Source: Chloroflexota bacterium (lineage in GTDB: Bacteria; Chloroflexota; Limnocylindria; QHBO01). Taken from it: a stretch of DNA of 64,000 bases. Below are positions 7,916 to 16,866 of the stretch, piece by piece. Position numbers and translations under genes: made by a program. Position 1 is the first letter of the stretch; each line of letters opens with the position of its first letter. A model generated the notes under the pieces. The model did not search any database. It was not told the origin of the DNA and saw only the letters and a list, made by a program, of their open reading frames with translations. The stretch lies in the NCBI GenBank assembly GCA_025699005.1, contig JAILWI010000001.1, positions 780,908 to 844,907 of the forward strand, in the 5' to 3' direction.

Positions 7916-8977
7916 TCAGTCCCCGTCGCGCAATCGGTCGTGGCTCCGACCCACGCGGGCCTCGCGGAGGCTGCTGCGCAGCCAGCGCGGAACGCCCACC
8001 TCGTCCGGAGCGGGCCCCGCGTCGGTCGGAGGGTCCGGCGCCAGCGCGAAGTCTTCCACGTGAGGCGAGGGGGTCGGATCGTCGCCACCTGAGGAGGTGG
8101 CGCCAACGAGCGCCGGCGGGTCGCCCGGCAGGCGACGCCGCTTGACGATCGCGAAGAAGAAGGCAAGGCCCGCGAGCGTCGAGACGAGGTAGGCGATGAT
8201 CGGCGTCGGGATGGCGAGCGTCAGGGCAGGCAGATCCCACGTCAGCGGCGGCTTTGCGGTGGCGTGCCCGGGCGTCTGGCTCGGCGCACCTGGCGAGCCG
8301 GAAGGGGTGCCCACGCTGCCGGCGCCCGGCGTCGGCGATCCATCGGCCGTCGCTGATGCCTCGTCCGAGGGCGACGGGGTGTGGCTGAGGCCGGGTGTCG
8401 CGGTCGCGGAGGGTGTCGATGGGGAAGTGGTCGAAGTGCTGTCGGCTGGCGGCGCGGTCGTCGCCGGTGGCGCGGTGGTGACGGGCGGTGGCGGAGGCGT
8501 CGGCGGCGGAGCTGTCGGCGGCAGCGTCGGCTTCGGGGTGGGGGGCTTCTGCGTCGGGATCGGCGTCGGCGCACCGATCACCACGCTCGCCGGCGAGGTC
8601 GTGGTGAGGCTTGCCGACTTCTCGCCAGCTCCCGAGCCGCTCGTGGCCGTGAAGGAGTAGTCATAGGTGCCCGGGGGCGGGGTGATGGCGACGCTGAACG
8701 TGACACCCGCCCGGAAATCGGATCCGCCCGCACCCATCCCGTAGGTGCCGAGGCCCGCGACCGTCACGACGACCGAGGAGGGGGCGCACCCGGCGCTATC
8801 GGCATACGTCACGCGAAACACCACCGCGGTGCCCGGCGGTCCGCTTCCCGGAGTCGCGCTCCCGGCGCTGAGCGCGATCTGATGCGACGCTCCATTGCAC
8901 GAGGCGGCGTACACCGGCAGGCTCGTCGACAGCAGGAGAGCCGCGGCGAGGGCGCTGGAACGGACTGCTCGGTTCAT
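7916..8977 (-). CDS. Secreted Pro/Thr-rich single-pass membrane protein, paralog A
   Basis: Start is at MNRAVRSSALAAALLLSTSLPVYA (signal peptide). It has an N-terminal ~130-aa Cys-containing domain, then a PTPKPTLPPTAPPPTPPPPPV low-complexity linker, a TM segment (LAIPTPIIAYLVSTLAGLAFFFAIV) and a basic/acidic cytoplasmic tail ending VPRWLRSSLREARVG. Confidence 0.6.
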   Translation of the reverse strand: MNRAVRSSALAAALLLSTSLPVYAASCNGASHQIALSAGSATPGSGPPGTAVVFRVTYADSAGCAPSSVVVTVAGLGTYGMGAGGSDFRAGVTFSVAITPPPGTYDYSFTATSGSGAGEKSASLTTTSPASVVIGAPTPIPTQKPPTPKPTLPPTAPPPTPPPPPVTTAPPATTAPPADSTSTTSPSTPSATATPGLSHTPSPSDEASATADGSPTPGAGSVGTPSGSPGAPSQTPGHATAKPPLTWDLPALTLAIPTPIIAYLVSTLAGLAFFFAIVKRRRLPGDPPALVGATSSGGDDPTPSPHVEDFALAPDPPTDAGPAPDEVGVPRWLRSSLREARVGRSHDRLRDGD

Positions 8978-9154
8978 GACAGGTTCAGGAGTACGGGTGC
9001 ACGACGGTACGCCGCTCCCTCGACCTACCCGATGACACGAAGGTCCTGCGCGCGACCGGGACGATCGGTCGCCTACCGACCAAGCCATGCGACCGATACC
9101 GTGCGGAGCAGACCCCGACCGGGGGACCGAGCCCGTCGGGAATCGAGGATTGTC

Positions 9155-10792
9155 ATGTCACCGGCCGTCACGGTCACGGGCACCGCTCCCGGACCGCAGG
9201 ACGTCGCCAGCGGAGAGCTCCGAACCAGGGTCCTCCGCGGGATCGCCATCTTCTTCGCCACGGTGATGGCCGTGGTCACCCTGGCGCTGTCCGTGGGCGG
9301 AGTTGCCGATGGCGACCTCTTCCTGCGTCTCGCCATCCTGGCGGTTGCTCTCCCTGCGACGATGTTCCTGCTCGCGCGCGAGATCATCGGCCCGGCCATC
9401 GAGCTCGAGCGCACGACCCAGCAGCTCCGCACCCTCTACTCGCAGGCGCGCCTCGACGCGCTGCTCGACCCGATCACGGGATTGGGCAATCACCGGGCGT
9501 TCCAGGAGGAGCTGCATCGCCAGACCGAGGATGCGAAGCGGCACGGCCACCCACTCGCGCTGGTGATGATCGATCTCGACGACCTCAAGCGCGTCAACGA
9601 TGAGCTGGGTCATGCCGGCGGCGATCTCCTGCTCGCTGCCATGGGCCGGCTCATGTCGACCTCGAGCCGTCCGGGGGACCGTGCCTTCCGGATCGGCGGC
9701 GATGAGTTCGCCCTGATGCTGCCGAGGGCTGCAGCCGATGATGCGCACGCCGTCGTCAGGCGCATCCTGGCGTCCGCCCTCTCAGCCGATTCGACACTCC
9801 AGCGTGCGTTCTCCTTCTCCGCCGGCATCTCGGACTATCCGGCGCTCAGCGCGGATGCCCGTCTCCTCATCCGCAACGCGGACGCTGCCCTGTACTGGGC
9901 AAAGCGGCACGGACGCACCGACGTGCAGATCTTCGATCCTGAGAAGCACGGCGTGGCCGACGACCGGCGGTCGACCGCGGAGCTGGCGGAGGCGGTGGAC
10001 CGGGTCATCGCCGAAGGCCTGCTGACGGCCGTCTACCAGCCGATCCTCGACCTCGAGACCGGCCGTCCCGTCGGGTTCGAGGGACTCGTTCGTCCCACGG
10101 CGGATGCGTCGTTCCGCGATGCCGGATCGCTGTTCGCGGCCGCGGAGGTCGCCCACCGGACCGTCGAGCTCGACCTCTTCGCGATCAGCACGATCGCCGC
10201 GGGGCTGGACGTGGAGCTCGACGGCGCGTACCTCAGCGTGAACCTGTCGCCGCGGACGCTCGAGACCGACCTGTTCCGGGTCTCCAACCTCGTGGAGCAG
10301 CTGGCGCGCTTCGGCCTCGAACCGAGTCAGATGGTTCTCGAGCTCACCGAGCGGGAGGCCATCGAGGACCTCGAGGTGCTCCAGCACAATCTCGCCGCCT
10401 GCCATGCCGAGGGCTTCCGCATCGCTGCCGATGACGTCGGCGCCGGCAATGCGGGCCTGCGCCTGCTCAGTGCGATCAGCTTCGACCTGGTCAAGATCGA
10501 CCTCTCACTCGTCCAGGGTGGCGTGCTGCGCGACTCCGCCGTTGCGGTCCTGCGCGCCATCCAGGGGATCGCGGAGCGGTCGGACGCGATCGTCATCGCC
10601 GAGGGGATCGAGACGGTGGAACAGCTCGAGGTCATCCGCTCGGTGGGGATCGCGCGGGGTCAGGGCTTCCTCCTCGCCCTGCCGGCACCGAACCTCGACC
10701 TCGACGGCCTCGACATCCACGACCTCCTGTCGAGCCATCAGCAGCGACGGCGGACCCTGCTCAATCCGTGGGAGGCGCTCTCCGGCGGCTAG
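9155..10792 (+). CDS. Membrane-anchored GGDEF-EAL protein (diguanylate cyclase/phosphodiesterase)
   Basis: ATG at 9155 is preceded by GAGGA. Two TM helices precede an RxxD I-site (RPGD) and RIGGDEF. The EAL domain carries ELTERE (EAL-motif variant), DDVGAGNAG, EGIETVEQ and GQGF. Confidence 0.85.
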   Translation: MSPAVTVTGTAPGPQDVASGELRTRVLRGIAIFFATVMAVVTLALSVGGVADGDLFLRLAILAVALPATMFLLAREIIGPAIELERTTQQLRTLYSQARLDALLDPITGLGNHRAFQEELHRQTEDAKRHGHPLALVMIDLDDLKRVNDELGHAGGDLLLAAMGRLMSTSSRPGDRAFRIGGDEFALMLPRAAADDAHAVVRRILASALSADSTLQRAFSFSAGISDYPALSADARLLIRNADAALYWAKRHGRTDVQIFDPEKHGVADDRRSTAELAEAVDRVIAEGLLTAVYQPILDLETGRPVGFEGLVRPTADASFRDAGSLFAAAEVAHRTVELDLFAISTIAAGLDVELDGAYLSVNLSPRTLETDLFRVSNLVEQLARFGLEPSQMVLELTEREAIEDLEVLQHNLAACHAEGFRIAADDVGAGNAGLRLLSAISFDLVKIDLSLVQGGVLRDSAVAVLRAIQGIAERSDAIVIAEGIETVEQLEVIRSVGIARGQGFLLALPAPNLDLDGLDIHDLLSSHQQRRRTLLNPWEALSGG

Positions 10793-10859
10793 CCGCAGTT
10801 CGGTGCACCCCACGCACGTCGGACGAGCGACCACGCCACCCGGCTCGGCGCAGGACGAA

Positions 10860-10890
10860 GCGCCGCACCCGCTCGTGGCGGATGCGGCGC
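10860..10890. terminator. GC-rich hairpin between convergent genes (GCGCCGCA-N15-TGCGGCGC)
   Basis: 8-bp perfect inverted repeat with a 15-nt loop. It lies between the convergent stops at 10792 (+) and 10919 (-). No U-tract, as is usual for high-GC genomes. Confidence 0.25.
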
Positions 10891-10918
10891 ACGTTCGCGG
10901 CTCGTCGAGCCGTCCCGT

Positions 10919-11419
10919 TCACGACTCGATCGTGCCCAGGATCTGGTACGACTCGAAGAACGGGATCCCGCCGGCCTCACGAAGCCCGACGACATCCGGG
11001 TTGGCGGGGTCCCACAGCGCCTCGACCGTCGCGAAGTTGAGGACCTCGAGCGTCGGTCCGGCGAAGGTCGGGACGCTCGCGTCGTCGACGGCCTCGGACA
11101 GGTACAGCGTGCCGTCGGGGGCGAGCCAGAGCGCGCCATTGACGAGCATCGGGCCGGCGGTCGGGTTTGCGAGCGCCCCGCTGACGCTGATGCCCGGACC
11201 GCTGAACGCGGCGCCTTCCGCAACGGTGATCGTGCCGTCGACATCCGGCGTGACGTCCGGATCGGCCGACGGCGCCTCGGAGGGAGCCTCGGAGGGCGCG
11301 GCCGTCAGTGTGGGAGACGCCGGCGAGGTCGGCTCCGGCGCCGCCTGAACGCCGCATGCGGCGAGGATCATCGTGATCGCGATGGCGCCGATCGCCATTC
11401 GGTATCGGTTCGTGTTCAT
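10919..11419 (-). CDS. Lipoprotein (hypothetical)
   Basis: Start is at MNTNRYRMAIGAIAITMILAACG (lipobox LAAC). The mature protein is Ala/Pro/Ser-rich and acidic. Confidence 0.6.
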   Translation of the reverse strand: MNTNRYRMAIGAIAITMILAACGVQAAPEPTSPASPTLTAAPSEAPSEAPSADPDVTPDVDGTITVAEGAAFSGPGISVSGALANPTAGPMLVNGALWLAPDGTLYLSEAVDDASVPTFAGPTLEVLNFATVEALWDPANPDVVGLREAGGIPFFESYQILGTIES

Positions 11420-11638
11420 GTTCCTTCGGGTTCCACCCCTTCGTGCGGCACTCGGATCGGCCGCGATGGAGGGATCATCCGAGGCGGGGGCGTGGAGCAA
11501 ATCGGCCATCCGTCCCGCCGAGCCGTCGGGCAAGCGACGAGCGGTTGGCGGCCGGGCGGCCGGGACATGCGCTGCCGGCATCGGACGCTTGCCTTTGCGG
11601 CGCTGTTATCGTCCCGATCTGTCGCATGAGAACGAGGC

Positions 11639-12034
11639 ATGACCGAACGCACCGACCCGAGGGTCGACGAGTACATTGACGCGCTGCCGGGATGGCAGCA
11701 GGAGATCTGTCGTGCGGTTCGCGACCTCCTCCACGAGGCGGATCCCGAGCTCACCGAGACGATCAAGCGGCGGGTGCAACCGTATTTCGTGCTCGATGGC
11801 AACGTGGCCGCGCTGCTCGCCGCGAAGAGCCACGTCAACGTGTTTCTCTACGACGGAGCCATGGTTCCGGACCCGGAGGGAATCATCACGGGTGGCCACG
11901 ACAACCAGACGGCCCGGACCATCGCGATCCGTGAAGGTGAGTCACTCAACCGCCCCGCGATGCTCGCCATGTTCCGCCAGATCATCGCCAACAACCGCGC
12001 GGGGGGCTGGCGAAAGCTCAAGGGGGTGGACTGA
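11639..12034 (+). CDS. DUF1801 domain protein (second copy in window)
   Basis: 131 aa: RVDEYIDALPGWQQEICRAVRDLLHEADPELTETIKRRVQPYFVLDGNVAALLAAKSHVNVFLYDGAMV, the typical DUF1801 pattern. Confidence 0.7.
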   Translation: MTERTDPRVDEYIDALPGWQQEICRAVRDLLHEADPELTETIKRRVQPYFVLDGNVAALLAAKSHVNVFLYDGAMVPDPEGIITGGHDNQTARTIAIREGESLNRPAMLAMFRQIIANNRAGGWRKLKGVD

Positions 12035-12105
12035 GCCCGCCACGATTTTCCTTGCCCGCGGCGGTCGGACGAAGTACGTTCTCGACACGCAGGGAGGAAT
12101 CAGCC

Positions 12106-12300
12106 ATGTCGCGTCTCACAGGAATCCTCGGCGGATTGGGACGGGCGATGAAGCGGGCCTTCCTCGCCATCCGGGCCATCAGCCTGGGCTCGGGCCCTAT
12201 GGTCATCTCCGACCGCGTCGCGATGTTCGGTGACGACCCGGCGAACGATCCCCGCCGGATGGACTTCGACCCGAACCGGCCGGTCCACCGCAAGCGCTGA
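12106..12300 (+). CDS. Small hypothetical protein (64 aa)
   Basis: MSRLTGILGGLGRAMKRAFLAIRAISLGSGPMVISDRVAMFGDDPANDPRRMDFDPNRPVHRKR. ATG is preceded by GGAGGAA. Confidence 0.3.
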   Translation: MSRLTGILGGLGRAMKRAFLAIRAISLGSGPMVISDRVAMFGDDPANDPRRMDFDPNRPVHRKR

Positions 12301-12306
12301 CCTCGG

Positions 12307-13467
12307 TCAGACGGCCCCGGCCTCCGCAGCCGGCGGACCCTGCGGAACCGTCGGACGCGATCGGCCGCGCCAGGCTCGATAGGCGACCACGGCCAGCGCG
12401 CCGAGGCCGAAGAGCACCACGCCGAGCTTCACGATTCCGCCGATGACCGGCAGTGACGTGGCGATCACCACCACGGCCGCGCCGATGCCGAACAGGATGA
12501 GCTCGCGCCAGCGCGTCCCCATGCCACCGCGGCCGGCGAGCCGCGCGACGAGCAGCGCCACGACGATGTCGCCGCCGAACGCCACGGCCATGCCGAAGAG
12601 GAACGACACGACGCCGATGACGACGATGCCGGTGAGGACCGTCACCGCCGCGATCGACTCGAGGCTGAGCACCCCGAACACGATTCCGAGGATCACGATC
12701 ACGAGCACAGCCACGATGACGAAGGCGATGTAGCCGACGATCGCCGCGAGGCCGCCGCCGAGGGAGAGGAATGGGCGCGTTCGCAGCGCGGACTCCGCCC
12801 CGTTGATGGCTCGCGGGATCAGCCAGATCGCCAGTCCCCCGAGGACGAGCAGCGTTACGAAGTGGCCGACGGCGTTGTCGAGCGGCTCGGTGGCGCTGGG
12901 CTCGTCGTCGTCATCGGCCTCGCCGATGAACACGTTCTCGGTGCCGCCCACCGTGCCGGTGCGCTCGTAGGCGCCGCCGCTGGCCTCGATGCTGCCGTTC
13001 ACGGCCCCGGCCATCCGGACGTCGCCGCCCGTGACGATGAGGTCGCCGTCGATCGTGCCGGTGCTGGCGATCGTGATCTGGCCACCGGCCGCCAGGGTGT
13101 CCTCGATCACGTCGCCGGAGATGCTGATCTGGCCGCCCGCCGTCCGCAGGTCACCTTCGACGCTGCCCACGATCGAGATCATGCCGCCGGCCGCCAGCAC
13201 GTCCCCGGTCACGGTGCCGTTCACGGCCACCTGCCCGCCGGTCGCGGTGAGGTCGCCGTCGACCGTGCCATCCATCGTCACCGTCCCGGCGGCGAGGTAG
13301 AGGTCCCCGTCGATCGTCTCGTCAGCGGGCACCAGCACGGTCTCCCCGACGCGGAGCTTGCCGTCGAGCGCCGTGTCCTGCGCGAGCGCCACGGACGCCG
13401 CCGCGCCGATGAGCAGGAGCGCGGCGATGATGCCGGCCGCGCGCGTCAGGTGGAGTCGTCGGGCCAT
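12307..13467 (-). CDS. Membrane protein with bactofilin-like (polymer-forming cytoskeletal, DUF583-type) repeat domain and C-terminal multi-TM region
   Basis: Start is at MARRLHLTRAAGIIAALLLIGAAASVALA (signal or TM; an alternative ATG is at 13521). Repeated beta-helix-like units (DGDLYLAAGTVTMDGTVDGDLTATGGQVAVNGTVTGDVLAAGGMISIVGSVEGDLRTAGGQISISGDV...) are followed by four or more hydrophobic helices. Confidence 0.6.
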   Translation of the reverse strand: MARRLHLTRAAGIIAALLLIGAAASVALAQDTALDGKLRVGETVLVPADETIDGDLYLAAGTVTMDGTVDGDLTATGGQVAVNGTVTGDVLAAGGMISIVGSVEGDLRTAGGQISISGDVIEDTLAAGGQITIASTGTIDGDLIVTGGDVRMAGAVNGSIEASGGAYERTGTVGGTENVFIGEADDDDEPSATEPLDNAVGHFVTLLVLGGLAIWLIPRAINGAESALRTRPFLSLGGGLAAIVGYIAFVIVAVLVIVILGIVFGVLSLESIAAVTVLTGIVVIGVVSFLFGMAVAFGGDIVVALLVARLAGRGGMGTRWRELILFGIGAAVVVIATSLPVIGGIVKLGVVLFGLGALAVVAYRAWRGRSRPTVPQGPPAAEAGAV

Positions 13468-13545
13468 GCGAACCAGCCTAGCCGGTCCGTCCAGCCTGCG
13501 GAGAATGGACTGCCGGCGCATCGCTCGGGGGCCTACGCTGGCGCC

Positions 13546-13947
13546 ATGACCGCACGACTGGACGCCATCGGCATCATCGTGGCCGATATGACCCGGGCGC
13601 TTGCCTTCTACCGTCGGCTGGGCCTCGACGTACCCGCGGAGGCCGATGACGAGGGCCACGCCGAGGCCGTCCTGCCCGGCGGACTGCGGCTCATGTGGGA
13701 CACCGAGGCGAGCGTGGCCGGCTTCGATCCTGACTGGACCCCGCCGACCGGCGGACCGCGATCCAGCCTGGCCTTCCTGTGCGCCGATGCCTCCGAGGTC
13801 GACCGTCTCTTCGCCGACCTCACCGCGAACGGCGGGACGGGGCAGCGCGAGCCGTGGGACGCCTCCTGGGGCCAGCGCTACGCGACCGTCCACGATCCGG
13901 ATGGAAATGCGATCGACCTGTTCGCTCCGCTGGGAGATGCCGCCTGA
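13546..13947 (+). CDS. VOC/glyoxalase family protein (second copy in window)
   Basis: MTARLDAIGIIVADMTRALAFYRRLGLDV...ATVHDPDGNAIDLF, the typical glyoxalase-fold termini. 133 aa. Confidence 0.7.
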   Translation: MTARLDAIGIIVADMTRALAFYRRLGLDVPAEADDEGHAEAVLPGGLRLMWDTEASVAGFDPDWTPPTGGPRSSLAFLCADASEVDRLFADLTANGGTGQREPWDASWGQRYATVHDPDGNAIDLFAPLGDAA

Positions 13948-14148
13948 CCTTCGACGCGCGCTTTCCTATCAGGTGATCATCGAGGGAACGGTAACGGTGG
14001 TCGCCGCCGTCGCCGCCACGGCTCCGAGCGTGGCTTGTCGATCATCTGCTCACCAGGCGCGCATCTGACACGGTTTGCGACTCGAAACCGACGCTAGCGC
14101 TCCGTGGGTGAGCCGGTGACAGGATCGGGGCGCGGCAACGCGACGTGC

Positions 14149-15069
14149 CTAGGCCCCGTCCACCGCCAGGGACGAGGGGGATGGCTCAGCCCGGCGATCG
14201 ACCCACCATCCGACGGCGACGGCGCCCACGAGCAGGAACCAGCCGACGATGCCAAGAATCCGGGGAAGGTCGAAGGCGAGCCACGACCAGCGCGGATCGA
14301 AGGGGTCGATCATCGAGGTCAGCACGACGGCCCACCGCCCCCAGCCGTCAGCCACCAGGATCAGCACCGCCCCGACGGCGATGGCCACCTCGCGGAGGTG
14401 CAGGCGAAGCGGCCGATACCCCAGGGCCGCGAACGCGACGAAGGCAAGTGCCAGCGGCACCAGGGTCGCGGCGATCGACCACGCGGCTCCGGCGGCGACC
14501 ATCACCGCGTCAAGCGTGTTCAGCGAGATCGCCACGGCATACGCCACCTCGGCCGCGCCGGAGACGAACGCCAGGGCGCCGATCGCCACGACAACCCGAC
14601 GACTCGTCGTCCACCTCCCCGCCGGTGGGGCCTCAGCGGCGCGCGAGCACCACAGGCCCATTCCGAAGCACGCGAGACCGGCAGCGAGGCTCCCCGCCTC
14701 GAGCAGCGCGCGGGAGAACAGCAGGGGATTCAGCCCGGCGTCGATCCGGCTCGTGTCGCCGAGCATCCAGGCCAGGTACCACTGAGAGGACGCCTGAAGC
14801 AGCGCGGCAGCGACCAGCAGGACGACGGCGCGACGCATCCAGTGCCGCCCGGCGGCCCACCGGTCGGCCCCGAGCACGAGAGCGGTCGCGAGTCCGAACA
14901 GGGCAACGGTTCGCAGGGCATCGGGGACCCATTGCGGGGCGTAGGCACCGGGCTCGATCTGCGACCGCAGCAGCGGGTACACGACGAGATGGGCGGCTGC
15001 CAGTCCGATCAGGCCCCATGCCAGCGGTGGAATTCCACCCGATTCCTGCGTGGTCCGGTCGCTCGGCAT
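14149..15069 (-). CDS. Integral membrane protein (6-8 TM, hypothetical)
   Basis: Start is at MPSDRTT (ATG 15069), preceded by the strong RBS AAGGGAGGGAAG. Multiple hydrophobic helices throughout. Divergent from the GTPase pair. Confidence 0.6.
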   Translation of the reverse strand: MPSDRTTQESGGIPPLAWGLIGLAAAHLVVYPLLRSQIEPGAYAPQWVPDALRTVALFGLATALVLGADRWAAGRHWMRRAVVLLVAAALLQASSQWYLAWMLGDTSRIDAGLNPLLFSRALLEAGSLAAGLACFGMGLWCSRAAEAPPAGRWTTSRRVVVAIGALAFVSGAAEVAYAVAISLNTLDAVMVAAGAAWSIAATLVPLALAFVAFAALGYRPLRLHLREVAIAVGAVLILVADGWGRWAVVLTSMIDPFDPRWSWLAFDLPRILGIVGWFLLVGAVAVGWWVDRRAEPSPSSLAVDGA

Positions 15070-15195
15070 CGGCTTCCCTCCCTTTGGCACCATCGGCGCA
15101 CGCGCATCGTCGATTGTGGCGGCCCCGGCGTCAATGGGAATCGCGCGCCCGAAAGCCGAGCACGTTCGGCGCGGAGCGTGCAGAGTGAGGGTGCC

Positions 15196-16866
15196 GTGGA
15201 GGAAGAGAAGACACCGGACCAGGTCGCCGATCCCGTCGAGCGCCTGGCCGATGCCCTGCGCACCCGCGTCGCGAGCGCACCGGGGGACGAACGTGCCGCG
15301 CGTGCCGATGCGCTGCGTCGTCACGTCGAGCTGTACGTCCTGCCCCGTGCCGCGAACCTCGACGCGCCGCTGCTCGTCGTGATCCTGGGCTCGACGGGGA
15401 GCGGCAAGTCGAGCCTCCTGAACGCGCTCGCCGGCGCTCGTCTCAGCCCGGCCGGGGTCCTGCGGCCGACGACGCGGCAGCCGATTGCCATCGCGCATCC
15501 CGACGAGCTACGCGGCGCCATCGGCGCGATCGCTCGCAAGGCGGGCTGGGAGGTTCGGATCCACCCGCAGGCGCGCCGCGGCATGGTGATCGTCGACGCC
15601 CCCGATTTCGACAGCATCGAGGCCGACAACCGCGAGCGTGCCCTCGGTCTGCTCGAGATCGCCGACCTCGTGATCTTCCTGACGACCGCCACGCGTTACG
15701 CCGACCAAGTCCCGTGGGAGGTCCTTTCGCGAGCTCGCGCCCGGGGCGTGCCGCTGCTGGCGGTCCTGAACCGGCTGCCGCCGGAAGCCGAGGACGCCGA
15801 TGCGGTCGTCGCCGACTACCGCGCCCTGCTCGAGCGGGGCAAGCTCGGCGAGAACCTCGAGCTCGTGGCCATCGGGGAGGGAGCGGTGCATCCCGAGCAC
15901 GACGCTCTCGGCGCCGATGCGATCGCCGGCGTTCGCGACGTGCTCGACAGGCTGGTAGCCTCGCGCGAAGAGCGCCGCGAGCTCGCGCGCCGCGGGCTGT
16001 CGAACGCCCTCGAGGGGATCCCGAACGCGATCGAGGCGATCGCCGCCCAGGTCGACGAGGAGCAGGAGGCGGTCGTGGCGCTGCGACGCGCTGCCGAGCA
16101 GTCGTATGCGCAAGCTCGGCGATCCCTCCGCGAGGACGTCGCCGCGGGCACGTTCCTGCGGGCGGAGGTGCTGCGGCAGTGGCAGGACTTCATCGGCGCG
16201 GGACAGATCGCGCGGTTCCTGGCGGACGGCATCGGCAAGGTGCGCGCCACGATCAGCAGTCTCATCCGTCCGACGCCCGAGGCGCCCGCCACCGAGGTCC
16301 GTGCGGCGGCCTTCGCCGACCTCACCGCGCTGGCGGTCCAGCACGCCGACACCGCCGCGCAGCGAACGGCGGCGCAGTGGGCCGAGGACCGTTACGGAGC
16401 GCTGGCCCTCGAGGCGGACGCGCGGCTGTGGCGAGCGTCGCCCGACATGTCGGCTCGACTCTCGGCCGATCTCGAGGCGTGGGGTCGGATGATCGGGGAG
16501 CGCATCCGGACGATGGGCTCGCGCCGCAAGGGCTTCGCGAAGGTCGCGAGCGTGGGAGTCAACGCCGTCGGAACGAGCGCCGTGCTCGCCGTGTTCGTGA
16601 GCACCGGCGGCCTGACGGGCACGGAGCTCGGCATCACCGCCGCGACGGCCGTGCTGAACCAGAAGCTGCTCGAGGCGATCTTCGGCGAGGCGAACGTCGC
16701 GGCCTTCGTCAGTCGGGCTCGCAAGGACCTCGAGTCGTTGCTCGATGCCGAGTACACGCGCGAGCTCGGTCGCTTCGCGGCGGCGCTCGGCAGCGCCGGC
16801 AACCCCACCCTCGCCGGGGAGCTGCGCGAGGCGGCGCGAGACGTCAGCCGGATGGTGCCATCGTGA
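15196..16866 (+). CDS. Dynamin-like / HSR1-type large GTPase (cytoplasmic partner)
   Basis: GTG start at 15196, preceded by GAGGG (in-frame GTG at 15178 is an alternative). P-loop LGSTGSGKSSLLNALAG, then TTRQPIAIAH, VIVDAPDFDS (G3) and NRLP (G4), followed by a long helical stalk. Confidence 0.75.
   Translation: MEEEKTPDQVADPVERLADALRTRVASAPGDERAARADALRRHVELYVLPRAANLDAPLLVVILGSTGSGKSSLLNALAGARLSPAGVLRPTTRQPIAIAHPDELRGAIGAIARKAGWEVRIHPQARRGMVIVDAPDFDSIEADNRERALGLLEIADLVIFLTTATRYADQVPWEVLSRARARGVPLLAVLNRLPPEAEDADAVVADYRALLERGKLGENLELVAIGEGAVHPEHDALGADAIAGVRDVLDRLVASREERRELARRGLSNALEGIPNAIEAIAAQVDEEQEAVVALRRAAEQSYAQARRSLREDVAAGTFLRAEVLRQWQDFIGAGQIARFLADGIGKVRATISSLIRPTPEAPATEVRAAAFADLTALAVQHADTAAQRTAAQWAEDRYGALALEADARLWRASPDMSARLSADLEAWGRMIGERIRTMGSRRKGFAKVASVGVNAVGTSAVLAVFVSTGGLTGTELGITAATAVLNQKLLEAIFGEANVAAFVSRARKDLESLLDAEYTRELGRFAAALGSAGNPTLAGELREAARDVSRMVPS

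Noticed and set aside
8381-9154. N-terminal 258 codons of the 803-aa track ORF
   Set aside because: Arg/Gly-rich extension with no start context. It overlaps the upstream paralog-A gene on the other strand. The real GGDEF-EAL gene starts at ATG 9155 after a GAGGA RBS, at the first TM helix.
14104-15195. N-terminal extension of the first GTPase ORF and the parallel 347-aa ORF 14145..15188
   Set aside because: Both overlap the well-supported minus-strand membrane-protein gene (strong RBS, TM helices) and are Arg/Pro-rich.
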